Source of the DNA: Thermodesulfovibrionales bacterium
GTDB lineage: Bacteria > Nitrospirota > Thermodesulfovibrionia > Thermodesulfovibrionales > UBA6898
NCBI GenBank assembly: GCA_044450345.1
Contig: JBIOIY010000048.1
Coordinates: 1 to 23,466, forward strand
Direction of reading: 5' to 3'
DNA length: 23,466 nucleotides
This document shows positions 1 through 7,789 of the stretch, piece by piece (position 1 is the first letter of the stretch; every line of letters starts with the position of its first letter). The notes under the pieces are model-generated. The model made no database searches. It was not told where the DNA came from and saw nothing but the letters and a program-made list of their open reading frames with translations. Position numbers and translations under genes: made by a program.

Positions 1-506
1 GGAGTTGTCGACCCCGTCCGACAAGGGGGAAGACCGCAGCATCTATCTTGACAATAACTACCGTAACCGATAGATGGGCTCCCGGGGTAACAGGGGTGAC
101 ACGCAGGGGAAGCCATACGACGATGAACACGGGAGACCCTTGTCGATGCTGTGTATAACGGCAACTGGTGAATATAAGGAAACGAAATTTCACTGGGTCG
201 GAAAGGGAGTCGGAGTTGCCCATAGTGTACCGTTTGTATCTCAAAGACAACATAACTTTGGGAGAGGGAAGGGGCAATACCTTCATCATGCTTCTGAAGG
301 AGAGAAGGAAAGGAGATTGCGGCAACGCTATAAACTCCAAATGTTCCGGGATCTCCGGTGGGAGCTATACCGGAAGGCCAAGCGAGAGTGAAAGCCTCTG
401 GAAGAAGATGATTGGAAAGCCGTGTGCGGGAAAACCGCATGCACGGTTTGACGAGGGGGAGCTGGAGATAGAACCACTCGGTTACTACGCCAGCTCTCTA
501 CTCTAC
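1..506 (+). mobile_element. Group II intron, 3' portion (5' end upstream of window), RT ORF deleted
   Basis: Domain V AAGCCGTGTGCGGGAAAACCGCATGCACGGTTT (417-449) has the AGC triad. Domain VI stem GGGGGAGCTGG...CCAGCTCTCT-A-CTC has a bulged A at 500 and ends in AC at 506. Upstream motifs (GAACACGGGAGACC, GGGAGTCGGAG, GTACCG...GGGAAGGGGC) are typical of domains I-III. Only a ~16-codon RT-like remnant (MFRDLRWELYRKAKRE*, 342-391) remains in domain IV. Confidence 0.9.
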
Positions 507-633
507 TGAACTTTTCAATCCCCCCTGCAAGGTGAGATAGAGGATTTCCATATGAAAGTTAAAGTCAGTAATTCCGCCGACAAGAGGTATCAGCGCAACT
601 GCTTCATAGCTCGTAATCTAACCGAAGGAGAGG

Positions 634-813
634 TCATTCGTCTGCCTCTTTTTGCTCCTCGTCTTCTTCCTCTTCCTTCTTTCCCGGGACCTTGTATTCC
701 TCCGATGCCCACGCCCCGAGATCGATGAGTTTGCACCTCTCCGAACAAAAGGGCCTGAACCGGTTTTCTTCCCATGTGGTCAGTTCCTTACAGACAGGAC
801 ATCGTATCTTCAC
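634..813 (-). CDS. yacG: DNA gyrase inhibitor YacG (59 aa)
   Basis: Manual translation gives [44 protein letters not shown] plus an acidic tail, with the CPxC...[16 protein letters not shown] signature. The GTG start overlaps the upstream TGA (GTGA) and GGGAGG RBS lies upstream. Absent from the ORF track. Confidence 0.95.
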   Translation of the reverse strand: MKIRCPVCKELTTWEENRFRPFCSERCKLIDLGAWASEEYKVPGKKEEEEDEEQKEADE

Positions 814-1358
814 CGGACACGCCTCCCATCCTCGTTATCATTTTGAATTCTCCCGCCTTTTTTTTTCAACAGGTTTTTTAATAGAAGGCCGGAGACCGCG
901 CCGTTGGCCACTCCGGTCAGGGTCCCCAGAAGGACAATGATGGGGCCGATTACGAACATCGCCTCCATCCTCTGTATAAAAAGGAAATAAGCGAGTGTCA
1001 GCTGGGCGGTGTTATGGAAAAATGCACCGACCAAACTCAGACCTACCGGCCCGAACATATCCCTGAACACGAGAAAAGTCAGTCCCATCGCCGCAGTGCT
1101 CGTCACACCCCCGCCGACGCTGAGGACAAAGGACGGGCCGAGAAATGTTCCGGTAAAGAGCGAAGCCAAAATCACCCTGATCAGCGTGACCGTCATTGCA
1201 GTGCGGAAGCCGTAAAGCACAAGGGCGACGACGGTCACGATGTTGGCAAGCCCCAGCCTCAGCCACGGGATGGGAGTCGGGACAAGGCTCTCGATTCCGT
1301 GCAGCGCAAGCGCATAGGCCGAAAGGACTGCGATCCGGTACTTATCCTGTAATTGCAT
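810..1358 (-). CDS. Gx transporter family / heptaprenyl diphosphate synthase component I-like membrane protein
   Basis: Motifs [20 protein letters not shown] and [15 protein letters not shown], several TM helices. Start set at MQLQDK (1358), overlapping the upstream gene. Confidence 0.88.
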   Translation of the reverse strand: MQLQDKYRIAVLSAYALALHGIESLVPTPIPWLRLGLANIVTVVALVLYGFRTAMTVTLIRVILASLFTGTFLGPSFVLSVGGGVTSTAAMGLTFLVFRDMFGPVGLSLVGAFFHNTAQLTLAYFLFIQRMEAMFVIGPIIVLLGTLTGVANGAVSGLLLKNLLKKKGGRIQNDNEDGRRVR

Positions 1359-1728
1359 CGACGTCCTTCGGGGAATGAGCAGCCTTGCCGCCCACAGAAA
1401 TGACAATACGGTTGGGCAGGCAGACGATGACCCCTTTTGTTATCCAGCCCTGTTTTTCGCAAAGCCTGTTGGGACAGTGGGCCTCCCTGACACGAACTTT
1501 CTTGTCCTTGATTTCGATGACAGTGTCGCCGCATGGGCCCGGGACCGGAAACGTCCTGTCTTTATCCAAGGCAAACGTATAGGCGGTTTTGCCGTTTATC
1601 TCTACGACGACATCCGACCCCTTAGGCATCGCGTCCCTTGAGACGAATATTCCTGCGACCGATGCCGTGACCAGGAAGAGGAAGAGCAGCCTGTCGGCAA
1701 CCGTTGTGTTTCTAATGACCGTCTTCAA
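1342..1728 (-). CDS. NusG domain II-containing membrane-anchored protein (DUF1312-like)
   Basis: N-terminal TM helix, then EAHCPNRLCEKQGWI...IVCLPNRIVI signature; typical position between apbE and a Gx gene. Confidence 0.88.
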   Translation of the reverse strand: MKTVIRNTTVADRLLFLFLVTASVAGIFVSRDAMPKGSDVVVEINGKTAYTFALDKDRTFPVPGPCGDTVIEIKDKKVRVREAHCPNRLCEKQGWITKGVIVCLPNRIVISVGGKAAHSPKDVDAITG

Positions 1729-2725
1729 ACTTCACCATTCCCTTGATCCCGGGTGTTGTATGGACACCCCCGTCCTTGTCTATGATCACTGCGTCGACCC
1801 CGGCCTCTCTGACAAGCTTCATGCCCTTTTCAGGTCCTGAGACGAATACTGCCGTAGAAAACCCGTCTGCAAATACACCGCTGTCGCTTATCACAGTCAC
1901 GCTCCTGCACTGACCGGCGGGATAGCCTGTTTTTGGATCCAGTATGTGATGGTATCGCATGCCGTCTTCAATGAAATATCTTTCGTAATCACCCGATGTC
2001 GATATCGCTTTGTTGGTGAGACTGGCCTTTGCGATCAGCTCGTCGGCCTCGCTCTGCTGCCGCGGGTTCTTGATCCCGATGTTCCACAATGTCCCGTCGG
2101 GTTTTAGACCGAACGCCCTTATATCTCCTGCTGCCGCAACAATCCCGGCGCCGATACCGTTTTGCTTGAGATTCGCCAATGCCAGGTCCGCCGCGTATCC
2201 CTTCGCAATACCGCCGAGGTCCATCAGCATGCCCTTTCTGCTGAGAAATACAGTAGATTTATCACGGTCAACAATTATGTCCCTGTAATTTACGAGGGAA
2301 AGTCTTTTCTTGATAGCTGAATCCGCCGGCCTTATCTTTTTAAAGAAGTCCCACATATTTATTTCAGGTCCTATTGTCGGATCAAAGGCGCCGTTGGATT
2401 TTTCCGAGATATAGACCGCCCTTTCTATCACCCTCAGGGTGTCCGGAGAGACCTTTACCGGAGTTGTCCCTGCGTTCCTGTTTATCGCGGAGAGTTCGCT
2501 TTTGCCGGAAAAAAAATTGATCTTGTCGCCGAACTGTTCGATGACCGAAAATGCCTTATCGATAGCCTTGTTCGCTTGTTCGTCCGACCCCGCAACGACC
2601 GTTACCGTCACAAGGGTATCCATAAGGGGCTTTGTTTTTTTGTACATTGAGAGTCTGCCCTTGCCGCAGGACAGGGGGAGGGCGAGCATGAAAATAAAAA
2701 AAAGGAGAAGGACCTTTGTTTTCAT
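1712..2725 (-). CDS. apbE: FAD:protein FMN transferase ApbE (lipoprotein)
   Basis: Lipobox LPLSC; motifs [48 protein letters not shown]. Confidence 0.96.
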   Translation of the reverse strand: MKTKVLLLFFIFMLALPLSCGKGRLSMYKKTKPLMDTLVTVTVVAGSDEQANKAIDKAFSVIEQFGDKINFFSGKSELSAINRNAGTTPVKVSPDTLRVIERAVYISEKSNGAFDPTIGPEINMWDFFKKIRPADSAIKKRLSLVNYRDIIVDRDKSTVFLSRKGMLMDLGGIAKGYAADLALANLKQNGIGAGIVAAAGDIRAFGLKPDGTLWNIGIKNPRQQSEADELIAKASLTNKAISTSGDYERYFIEDGMRYHHILDPKTGYPAGQCRSVTVISDSGVFADGFSTAVFVSGPEKGMKLVREAGVDAVIIDKDGGVHTTPGIKGMVKFEDGH

Positions 2726-5250
2726 GAGGGCGTACCCACTAACCGTCCCCGGGAGAGCTTTTCCTTCAGGAATCTCCCTGTGTAGGATGCCGTGTTGTCC
2801 GCTATCTCTTCGGGAGTTCCTTCTGCGACGAGACGTCCCCCCTCTTCTCCGCCTTCCGGTCCAAGATCGATTAAGTAGTCGGCCGATTTTATAATATCGA
2901 GGTTATGTTCTATCACGACCACCGTGTTGCCCTGGTCGACGAGCATATTCAGGACGTCGAGCAGCCTCTGGATGTCTACGAAATGGAGGCCGGTTGTCGG
3001 CTCGTCGAAGATATAGAGGGTCCTGCCCGACGATTTCCTGCCGAGTTCACGCGAAAGCCTTATGCGCTGCGCTTCTCCGCCGGACAGTGTTGTGGCAGGT
3101 TGTCCCAATTGGAGATACCCGAGGCCTATCTCCTCAAGGACCTCGAGCCGCCTTCGGATATGGGGGATGTTTTCGAAAAACCGGAGCGCCTCCGATACGG
3201 TCATATCGAGGACATCGGCAATGTTCTTGTCCTTATAGGTGATATCGAGCGTCTCGGCATTGTACCTCCGCCCTTTACACTTGTCGCATACCACGTAGAC
3301 ATTCGGCAGAAAATGCATCTCGACCTTGATCAGGCCGTTTCCTTTGCAGGATTCGCACCGGCCGCCCGAAACATTGAAACTGAACCTCGAGGTCTTATAG
3401 CCCCTCACCCTCGATTCGGGAAGCAGGGCGAAAAGGTCCCTGATGAAGGAGAAGAACCCTGTATATGTCGCGGGGTTGGAACGGGGCGTCCGTCCTATAG
3501 GCGCCTGGTCGACGCTTACGACGCGGTCGATGAGGTCCAGTCCGGTGATCTTCTCATGTCGTCCCGGCGGGAGCAGTTCCAGTCCCGTTGAAAATTTTTT
3601 TCCGGCCGCCCGGTAAAGGATATCGAAGATCAGCGTGCTTTTCCCGGAGCCTGACACCCCGGTGACGCAGGTAAAGAGCCCCAGGGGGATATCAGCGTCG
3701 AGGTCCCTGAGATTATGTTCCGACGCGCCCCGTATTCCTATAAAGCCGTCAGGCGTTCTTCTCCTTGCCGGTATTTCTATCGACAGGGCCCCGCTGATAT
3801 ACCGGCCGGTCAGCGACCTCTCATCTTTCTCTATCTGTGCCGGCGTTCCCGCCGCAACGACCCATCCTCCCCTGACGCCCGCGCCCGGCCCCATGTCTAT
3901 AATATAGTCGGCCCACCTGATCGTCTCTTCGTCATGCTCGACTATGATGATCGTATTGCCTGCGTCCCTTATCGAAGAAAGGCTGTCGAGGAGTCTTGTG
4001 CAGTCCCTCGGGTGGAGTCCGATGCTCGGTTCGTCGAGCACGTACAGGACACCCGTAAGGGAGGAGCCCATCTGGGTGGCAAGCCTGATCCTCTGCGCCT
4101 CTCCTCCGGAAAGGGAGAGTGACGGCCTGTCGAGCGTGAGATATCCGAGACCGACCTTTACGAGAAAGGAGAGCCTGTCGTTGACTTCTTTGAGGATGCG
4201 CGAGGCTATTATGCGCTCCCTCTCGGTCAATTTCAGCCTTTCGAGGAAGGAGAGCGCTTCATTGACCGACATCCTGCTGAGCTCGCCGATGTGAATTTCC
4301 CCGAACTTCACGCTCAGCGCCTCGCGTCTCAACCTGAAGCCCTTGCAGGCACGGCAAAAGCGCTGCCCGCCGGGTTCAAGACTGTCTTCGGATATGTCCC
4401 TGAAGCCGAGGCCGTCGCATGTCGGGCATGCACCCGCCTTGCTGTTGAATGAGAAGAACCTCGGCGATATCTCCGGATAACTTATCCCGCATTTCTGGCA
4501 TGCAGTCGTCGTTGAGAACAGGATGTCCTTATTGTCCTTGAGCAGGTTTGCCACCACGGTGTCCGAATACTTGAAAGCGGTATCGACCGCCTCCTTCAAC
4601 TGACGTTCGATGCCGCCCCTGATGATGAGTCTGTCGATGACTATCTCTATCGTATGGCGTTTTTTCTTTTCGAGGATTATCTCCTGGGTAAGGTCCGCCA
4701 TTTCATTGTCGATCCTCGCCCTGACGAACCCCTCATTCCTCATCTCCTGGAGTTCCTTCCTGTAATTGCCTTTCCTGTCCTTGACGATCGGGGCGAGGAC
4801 CTGGATCCTTGTGCCCTCCGGCAGGGCAAGGATCCCCTGCATGACGTCCCCGGCTTCCTGCGTGGAGATCTCGGACCCGCAGTTATAGCAAAAGGCGGTC
4901 CCCAGTCTCGTATAAAGTACGCGCAGATAATCGTATATCTCCGTGATCGTGCCGAGCGTCGAGCGGGGGCTCCTGCTAACCGTCTTCTGGTCTATCGCGA
5001 TCGAAGGCGAAAGACCTTCGATAAAATCGACGTCGGGTTTCTGGAGCTGTTCGAGGAACTGCCGCGAATATGCCGAGAGGCTTTCGACGTAGCGCCTCTG
5101 GCCTTCCGCGTAAATCGTGTCTATGGCGAGGGAGGATTTTCCGGAGCCCGACGGGCCGGTGATTACGGTGACCGCCTGCCTCGGTATCTTCAGGTCGATG
5201 TTCTTGAGGTTGTGTTCCCTCGCGCCCTTTATGTTGATGTATTTCTGCAT
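2722..5250 (-). CDS. uvrA: Excinuclease ABC subunit A (short form, 842 aa)
   Basis: [33 protein letters not shown], two LSGGEAQR signatures, second Walker [10 protein letters not shown] and Zn fingers. Start set at MQKYINIKG (5250). Confidence 0.97.
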   Translation of the reverse strand: MQKYINIKGAREHNLKNIDLKIPRQAVTVITGPSGSGKSSLAIDTIYAEGQRRYVESLSAYSRQFLEQLQKPDVDFIEGLSPSIAIDQKTVSRSPRSTLGTITEIYDYLRVLYTRLGTAFCYNCGSEISTQEAGDVMQGILALPEGTRIQVLAPIVKDRKGNYRKELQEMRNEGFVRARIDNEMADLTQEIILEKKKRHTIEIVIDRLIIRGGIERQLKEAVDTAFKYSDTVVANLLKDNKDILFSTTTACQKCGISYPEISPRFFSFNSKAGACPTCDGLGFRDISEDSLEPGGQRFCRACKGFRLRREALSVKFGEIHIGELSRMSVNEALSFLERLKLTERERIIASRILKEVNDRLSFLVKVGLGYLTLDRPSLSLSGGEAQRIRLATQMGSSLTGVLYVLDEPSIGLHPRDCTRLLDSLSSIRDAGNTIIIVEHDEETIRWADYIIDMGPGAGVRGGWVVAAGTPAQIEKDERSLTGRYISGALSIEIPARRRTPDGFIGIRGASEHNLRDLDADIPLGLFTCVTGVSGSGKSTLIFDILYRAAGKKFSTGLELLPPGRHEKITGLDLIDRVVSVDQAPIGRTPRSNPATYTGFFSFIRDLFALLPESRVRGYKTSRFSFNVSGGRCESCKGNGLIKVEMHFLPNVYVVCDKCKGRRYNAETLDITYKDKNIADVLDMTVSEALRFFENIPHIRRRLEVLEEIGLGYLQLGQPATTLSGGEAQRIRLSRELGRKSSGRTLYIFDEPTTGLHFVDIQRLLDVLNMLVDQGNTVVVIEHNLDIIKSADYLIDLGPEGGEEGGRLVAEGTPEEIADNTASYTGRFLKEKLSRGRLVGTPS

Positions 5251-5363
5251 GCCTTGTCTTTTACTATAACCGAATATATTCGCATAAGTTAAGGGAACCC
5301 ATGCAATTGTCGGGTGGCGGGTTAGGTGCACTTTTACCGTGAGCTCGTGTAAAATGTAATCAT

Positions 5364-6056
5364 ATGAAGAAAATAGTCTTATTGGTATTCATTCTCCTGG
5401 CAGCAAGCGCCGTCTCGTATGCGCAGCCTGTGATACGTTTCGAAAAAGTGGAAGACGATCTCGGGACGATAACCCAGAAAGAGGACAGGGTCGAGCATGT
5501 CTTCGAATTCGAGAACCGGGGCGACATGGACCTTCTGATAGAGAAGCTGGTCCCCTCCTGAGGCTGCACCGCAGCGATGGCTAGTTCGAGCCGTCTCAAG
5601 CCGGGAGAAAGAGGGATGATAAAACTATCGGTGGACATCAGGGGGAAACTCGGGGCCATGTACAAGACTGTCCAGGTCCACACAAACGATCCCCTCACGC
5701 CTCAAGTTACACTCGCGGTCAGTATGGGCATAAAGGACCTCGCCCATATGAAGAAGTATTCCGCATCAGAGATATTCAACGGGACCTGCAAGAGTTGTCA
5801 TGTGCTGCAGGGCAAGGGAAAGCAGAGCTTTGACCTCTTTGTCGCCGACTGCATCATGTGCCACGCCGCGGGTAAGATCGCCTCTGCCGCGCGCGATTTG
5901 CAGCAGAAGTCCGAAGAGCGCATAGAAAGGGCGATCAGAGAGGGGTTAGACAAGACATCGATGCCGGGATGGGATTCGAGACACGGCGGACCCCTCGGGG
6001 AGGAAGAGATCAGGAGTCTTGTCGATTACCTCAGGCCGGCTGCCGGGAACAGATAA
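5364..6056 (+). CDS. Probable secreted selenoprotein: signal peptide + DUF1573-like domain (S-U-G-C-T) + diheme cytochrome c
   Basis: ORFs 5364-5561 and 5577-6056 are in the same frame, separated only by TGA (5559-5561) followed by GGC TGC ACC GCA GCG. Readthrough gives KLVPS-U-GCTAA, matching the DUF1573 SCGCT motif. The C-terminal part has CKSCH, CIMCH and SMPGW. 230 aa in total. Confidence 0.82.
5559..5598 (+). promoter_or_regulatory. Putative bacterial SECIS element
   Basis: Stem GATGGCT (5576-5582) / AGCCGTC (5589-5595) with loop AGUUCG, G at loop position 2, and the loop separated from the UGA by 21 nt. The UGA can pair with UCA at 5596-5598. Confidence 0.65.
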
Positions 6057-6064
6057 TTCATAAT

Positions 6065-6925
6065 ATGAGCGCGATTTTTCAGAAAATAACCCTTTATCTC
6101 AGGATGATAAAATTTTCGCATTCGATCTTCGCGCTTCCGTTCGCCTTCACGTCTGCCCTGATCGCGGCGTCCGGGGTCCCCTTGCCAAGGCAGATATTCT
6201 GGATAGTCGTGGCGATGGTCGGGGCGAGGTCGGGTGCGATGGGTCTGAACAGGATAATCGACAGGGGGATCGATGCCGCAAATCCACGCACCGCCGGAAG
6301 GGAACTGCCAAGAGGGGCGATAGGCGCGGCAGAGACTGTTTTATTCGTAGTCGTCTCTTTCGGCTTTATGGTACTCGCCGCATATATGCTTAATCCTCTT
6401 TGTCTGAGACTGTCGCCTGTTGCGATAGCCGTCCTTTTTATGTATTCATACACCAAGAGGTTTACATGGGCGTCACATTTTGTCCTCGGCCTTGCGATAT
6501 CCGCCTCTCCGCTTGGGGCGTGGATGGCGGTGAAGGGGACCTTTGATCCTGCAATCATACCGCTTGCCTTAGCCGTTATATTCTGGCTTGCCGGTTTCGA
6601 CGTGCTCTATGCGCTCCAGGACCTCGACTTCGACAGAAGTCACGGGCTCTACTCGGTTCCCAAAAGGTTCGGTGTGAAGAAGTCGCTCTATCTTTCGAGG
6701 TCGCTCCACGCGGCCAGTTTTTTCCTCCTTGTCTCGAACGGCCTTATGTTCAGTCTCGGCGCTTTTTACTGGACCGGCATGCTCGTCACTGCAGGACTAT
6801 TTATCTACGAACACTCACTCATAAAGGAGAATGACCTCAGCAAACTGGACATGGCCTTTTTCAACATGAACGGCTATATCAGCATGACGGTCTTCCTCTT
6901 TACGCTGATGGACTTTCTCGTATGA
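6065..6925 (+). CDS. ubiA: UbiA-family prenyltransferase (MqnP-like, menaquinone futalosine pathway)
   Basis: MIKFSHSIFALPFA, NRIIDRGIDAANPRT, YSYTKRFT, AGFDVLYALQD, AFFNMNG. Start set at MSAIFQK (6065). Confidence 0.93.
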   Translation: MSAIFQKITLYLRMIKFSHSIFALPFAFTSALIAASGVPLPRQIFWIVVAMVGARSGAMGLNRIIDRGIDAANPRTAGRELPRGAIGAAETVLFVVVSFGFMVLAAYMLNPLCLRLSPVAIAVLFMYSYTKRFTWASHFVLGLAISASPLGAWMAVKGTFDPAIIPLALAVIFWLAGFDVLYALQDLDFDRSHGLYSVPKRFGVKKSLYLSRSLHAASFFLLVSNGLMFSLGAFYWTGMLVTAGLFIYEHSLIKENDLSKLDMAFFNMNGYISMTVFLFTLMDFLV

Positions 6926-7527
6926 AAAGGTATGTCCTCGGAATAACCGGGGCGACCGGCCCTGCCGTCGGACTGCGTGTTCTGAAGGAGCTTTCGAGGA
7001 CTGCCGAAGTCCACGTGATCATCTCCCGTCAGTCTTTTTCCATCATCCTTGAGGAGACCGGTGCGGATCTGTCGGACGAAACCGCTGCGACGGTTGAGAA
7101 GAGGCTCAGGAAGTTTGCTGCATCGAAGAATATTTATTATCATGACGAAGGTGATTTCGAGGCGCCCGTGGCGAGCGGTTCGTTTAAGACCGACGGGATG
7201 TTCGTTGTGCCGTGCTCGATGAAGAGCCTCTCAGGGATTGCTAACGGCTATGCGAACAGTCTCATCGAACGTGCTGCAGACGTAACGATCAAAGAGGGAA
7301 GGGCGCTGCTCCTTGCGCCGAGGGAGATGCCCTTCAGCGCCATCCATCTCGAAAATATGCTGAAGCTGGCCAGGCTGGGCGTAAAGATCGCCCCTCCGGT
7401 GATGGGTTTTTATCACGGCCCGAAGAGCCTGGACGATATGGTCGATTTCGTAGCCGGAAAGATCCTCGATGCGATGGGAGTAGAACACGAGATCTTCAGA
7501 AGATGGGGGACAAAGAAAAAGAAGTAG
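6922..7527 (+). CDS. ubiX: Flavin prenyltransferase UbiX
   Basis: GITGATG, APVASGS, PCSMKSL, RAADVTIKE, PREMP, FYHGP; ATGA overlap with ubiA. Confidence 0.95.
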   Translation: MKRYVLGITGATGPAVGLRVLKELSRTAEVHVIISRQSFSIILEETGADLSDETAATVEKRLRKFAASKNIYYHDEGDFEAPVASGSFKTDGMFVVPCSMKSLSGIANGYANSLIERAADVTIKEGRALLLAPREMPFSAIHLENMLKLARLGVKIAPPVMGFYHGPKSLDDMVDFVAGKILDAMGVEHEIFRRWGTKKKK

Positions 7528-7741
7528 GGCCAGAGTTTATGGACAGCCTCTATTTATGACAACCGGCGCCTCCTATCTGAAACGTTGCCGCTGGAAATGC
7601 GGAATAGCACCGACGAGTCCGCAGGTATTAGAACTCGAAACTATTGAAGATTTCCTACAGTAATGTGCACGCAGGACTACTTAGCAATATTGGGCGAGGT
7701 TTGGATCGAAAGCAATTCCGTTAGAGCGGTTCCAGTGCAAA

Positions 7742-7782
7742 TTCCATGAGAGAGGTCCCAAAGAGAGCCTCTCTGCATGGAA
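7742..7782. terminator. Imperfect hairpin between convergent genes, possible terminator
   Basis: TTCCATG-AGAGAGG...CCTCTCT-GCATGGAA inverted repeat 7 nt past the stop of the minus-strand gene; weak U tract. Confidence 0.45.
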
Positions 7783-7789
7783 GAGGGCT

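Noticed and set aside
74..509. ORFs 74-391 and 168-509 as genuine proteins
   Set aside because: They run through structured intron RNA; GKPCAGKPHARFDEG is simply translated domain V. Only the short RT-like remnant is meaningful.
590..940. ORFs 590-775, 652-846 and 692-940
   Set aside because: They are shadow frames of yacG and the Gx gene.
5559..5561. TGA as a simple nonsense mutation or alternative genetic code
   Set aside because: TGA is a normal stop in uvrA, ubiA, csp and coaE, so there is no global recoding. Its position at a motif Cys plus the hairpin favours Sec, although a pseudogene is not fully excluded.
5360..5698. Minus-strand 112-aa ORF across the TGA junction
   Set aside because: It is antisense to the selenoprotein and has no recognisable motifs; its openness only reflects the continuous plus-strand frame.
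6940..6960. TGAT in UbiX (GITGATG) as an ApbE flavinylation site
   Set aside because: This is the normal UbiX FMN-binding loop of a cytoplasmic enzyme.
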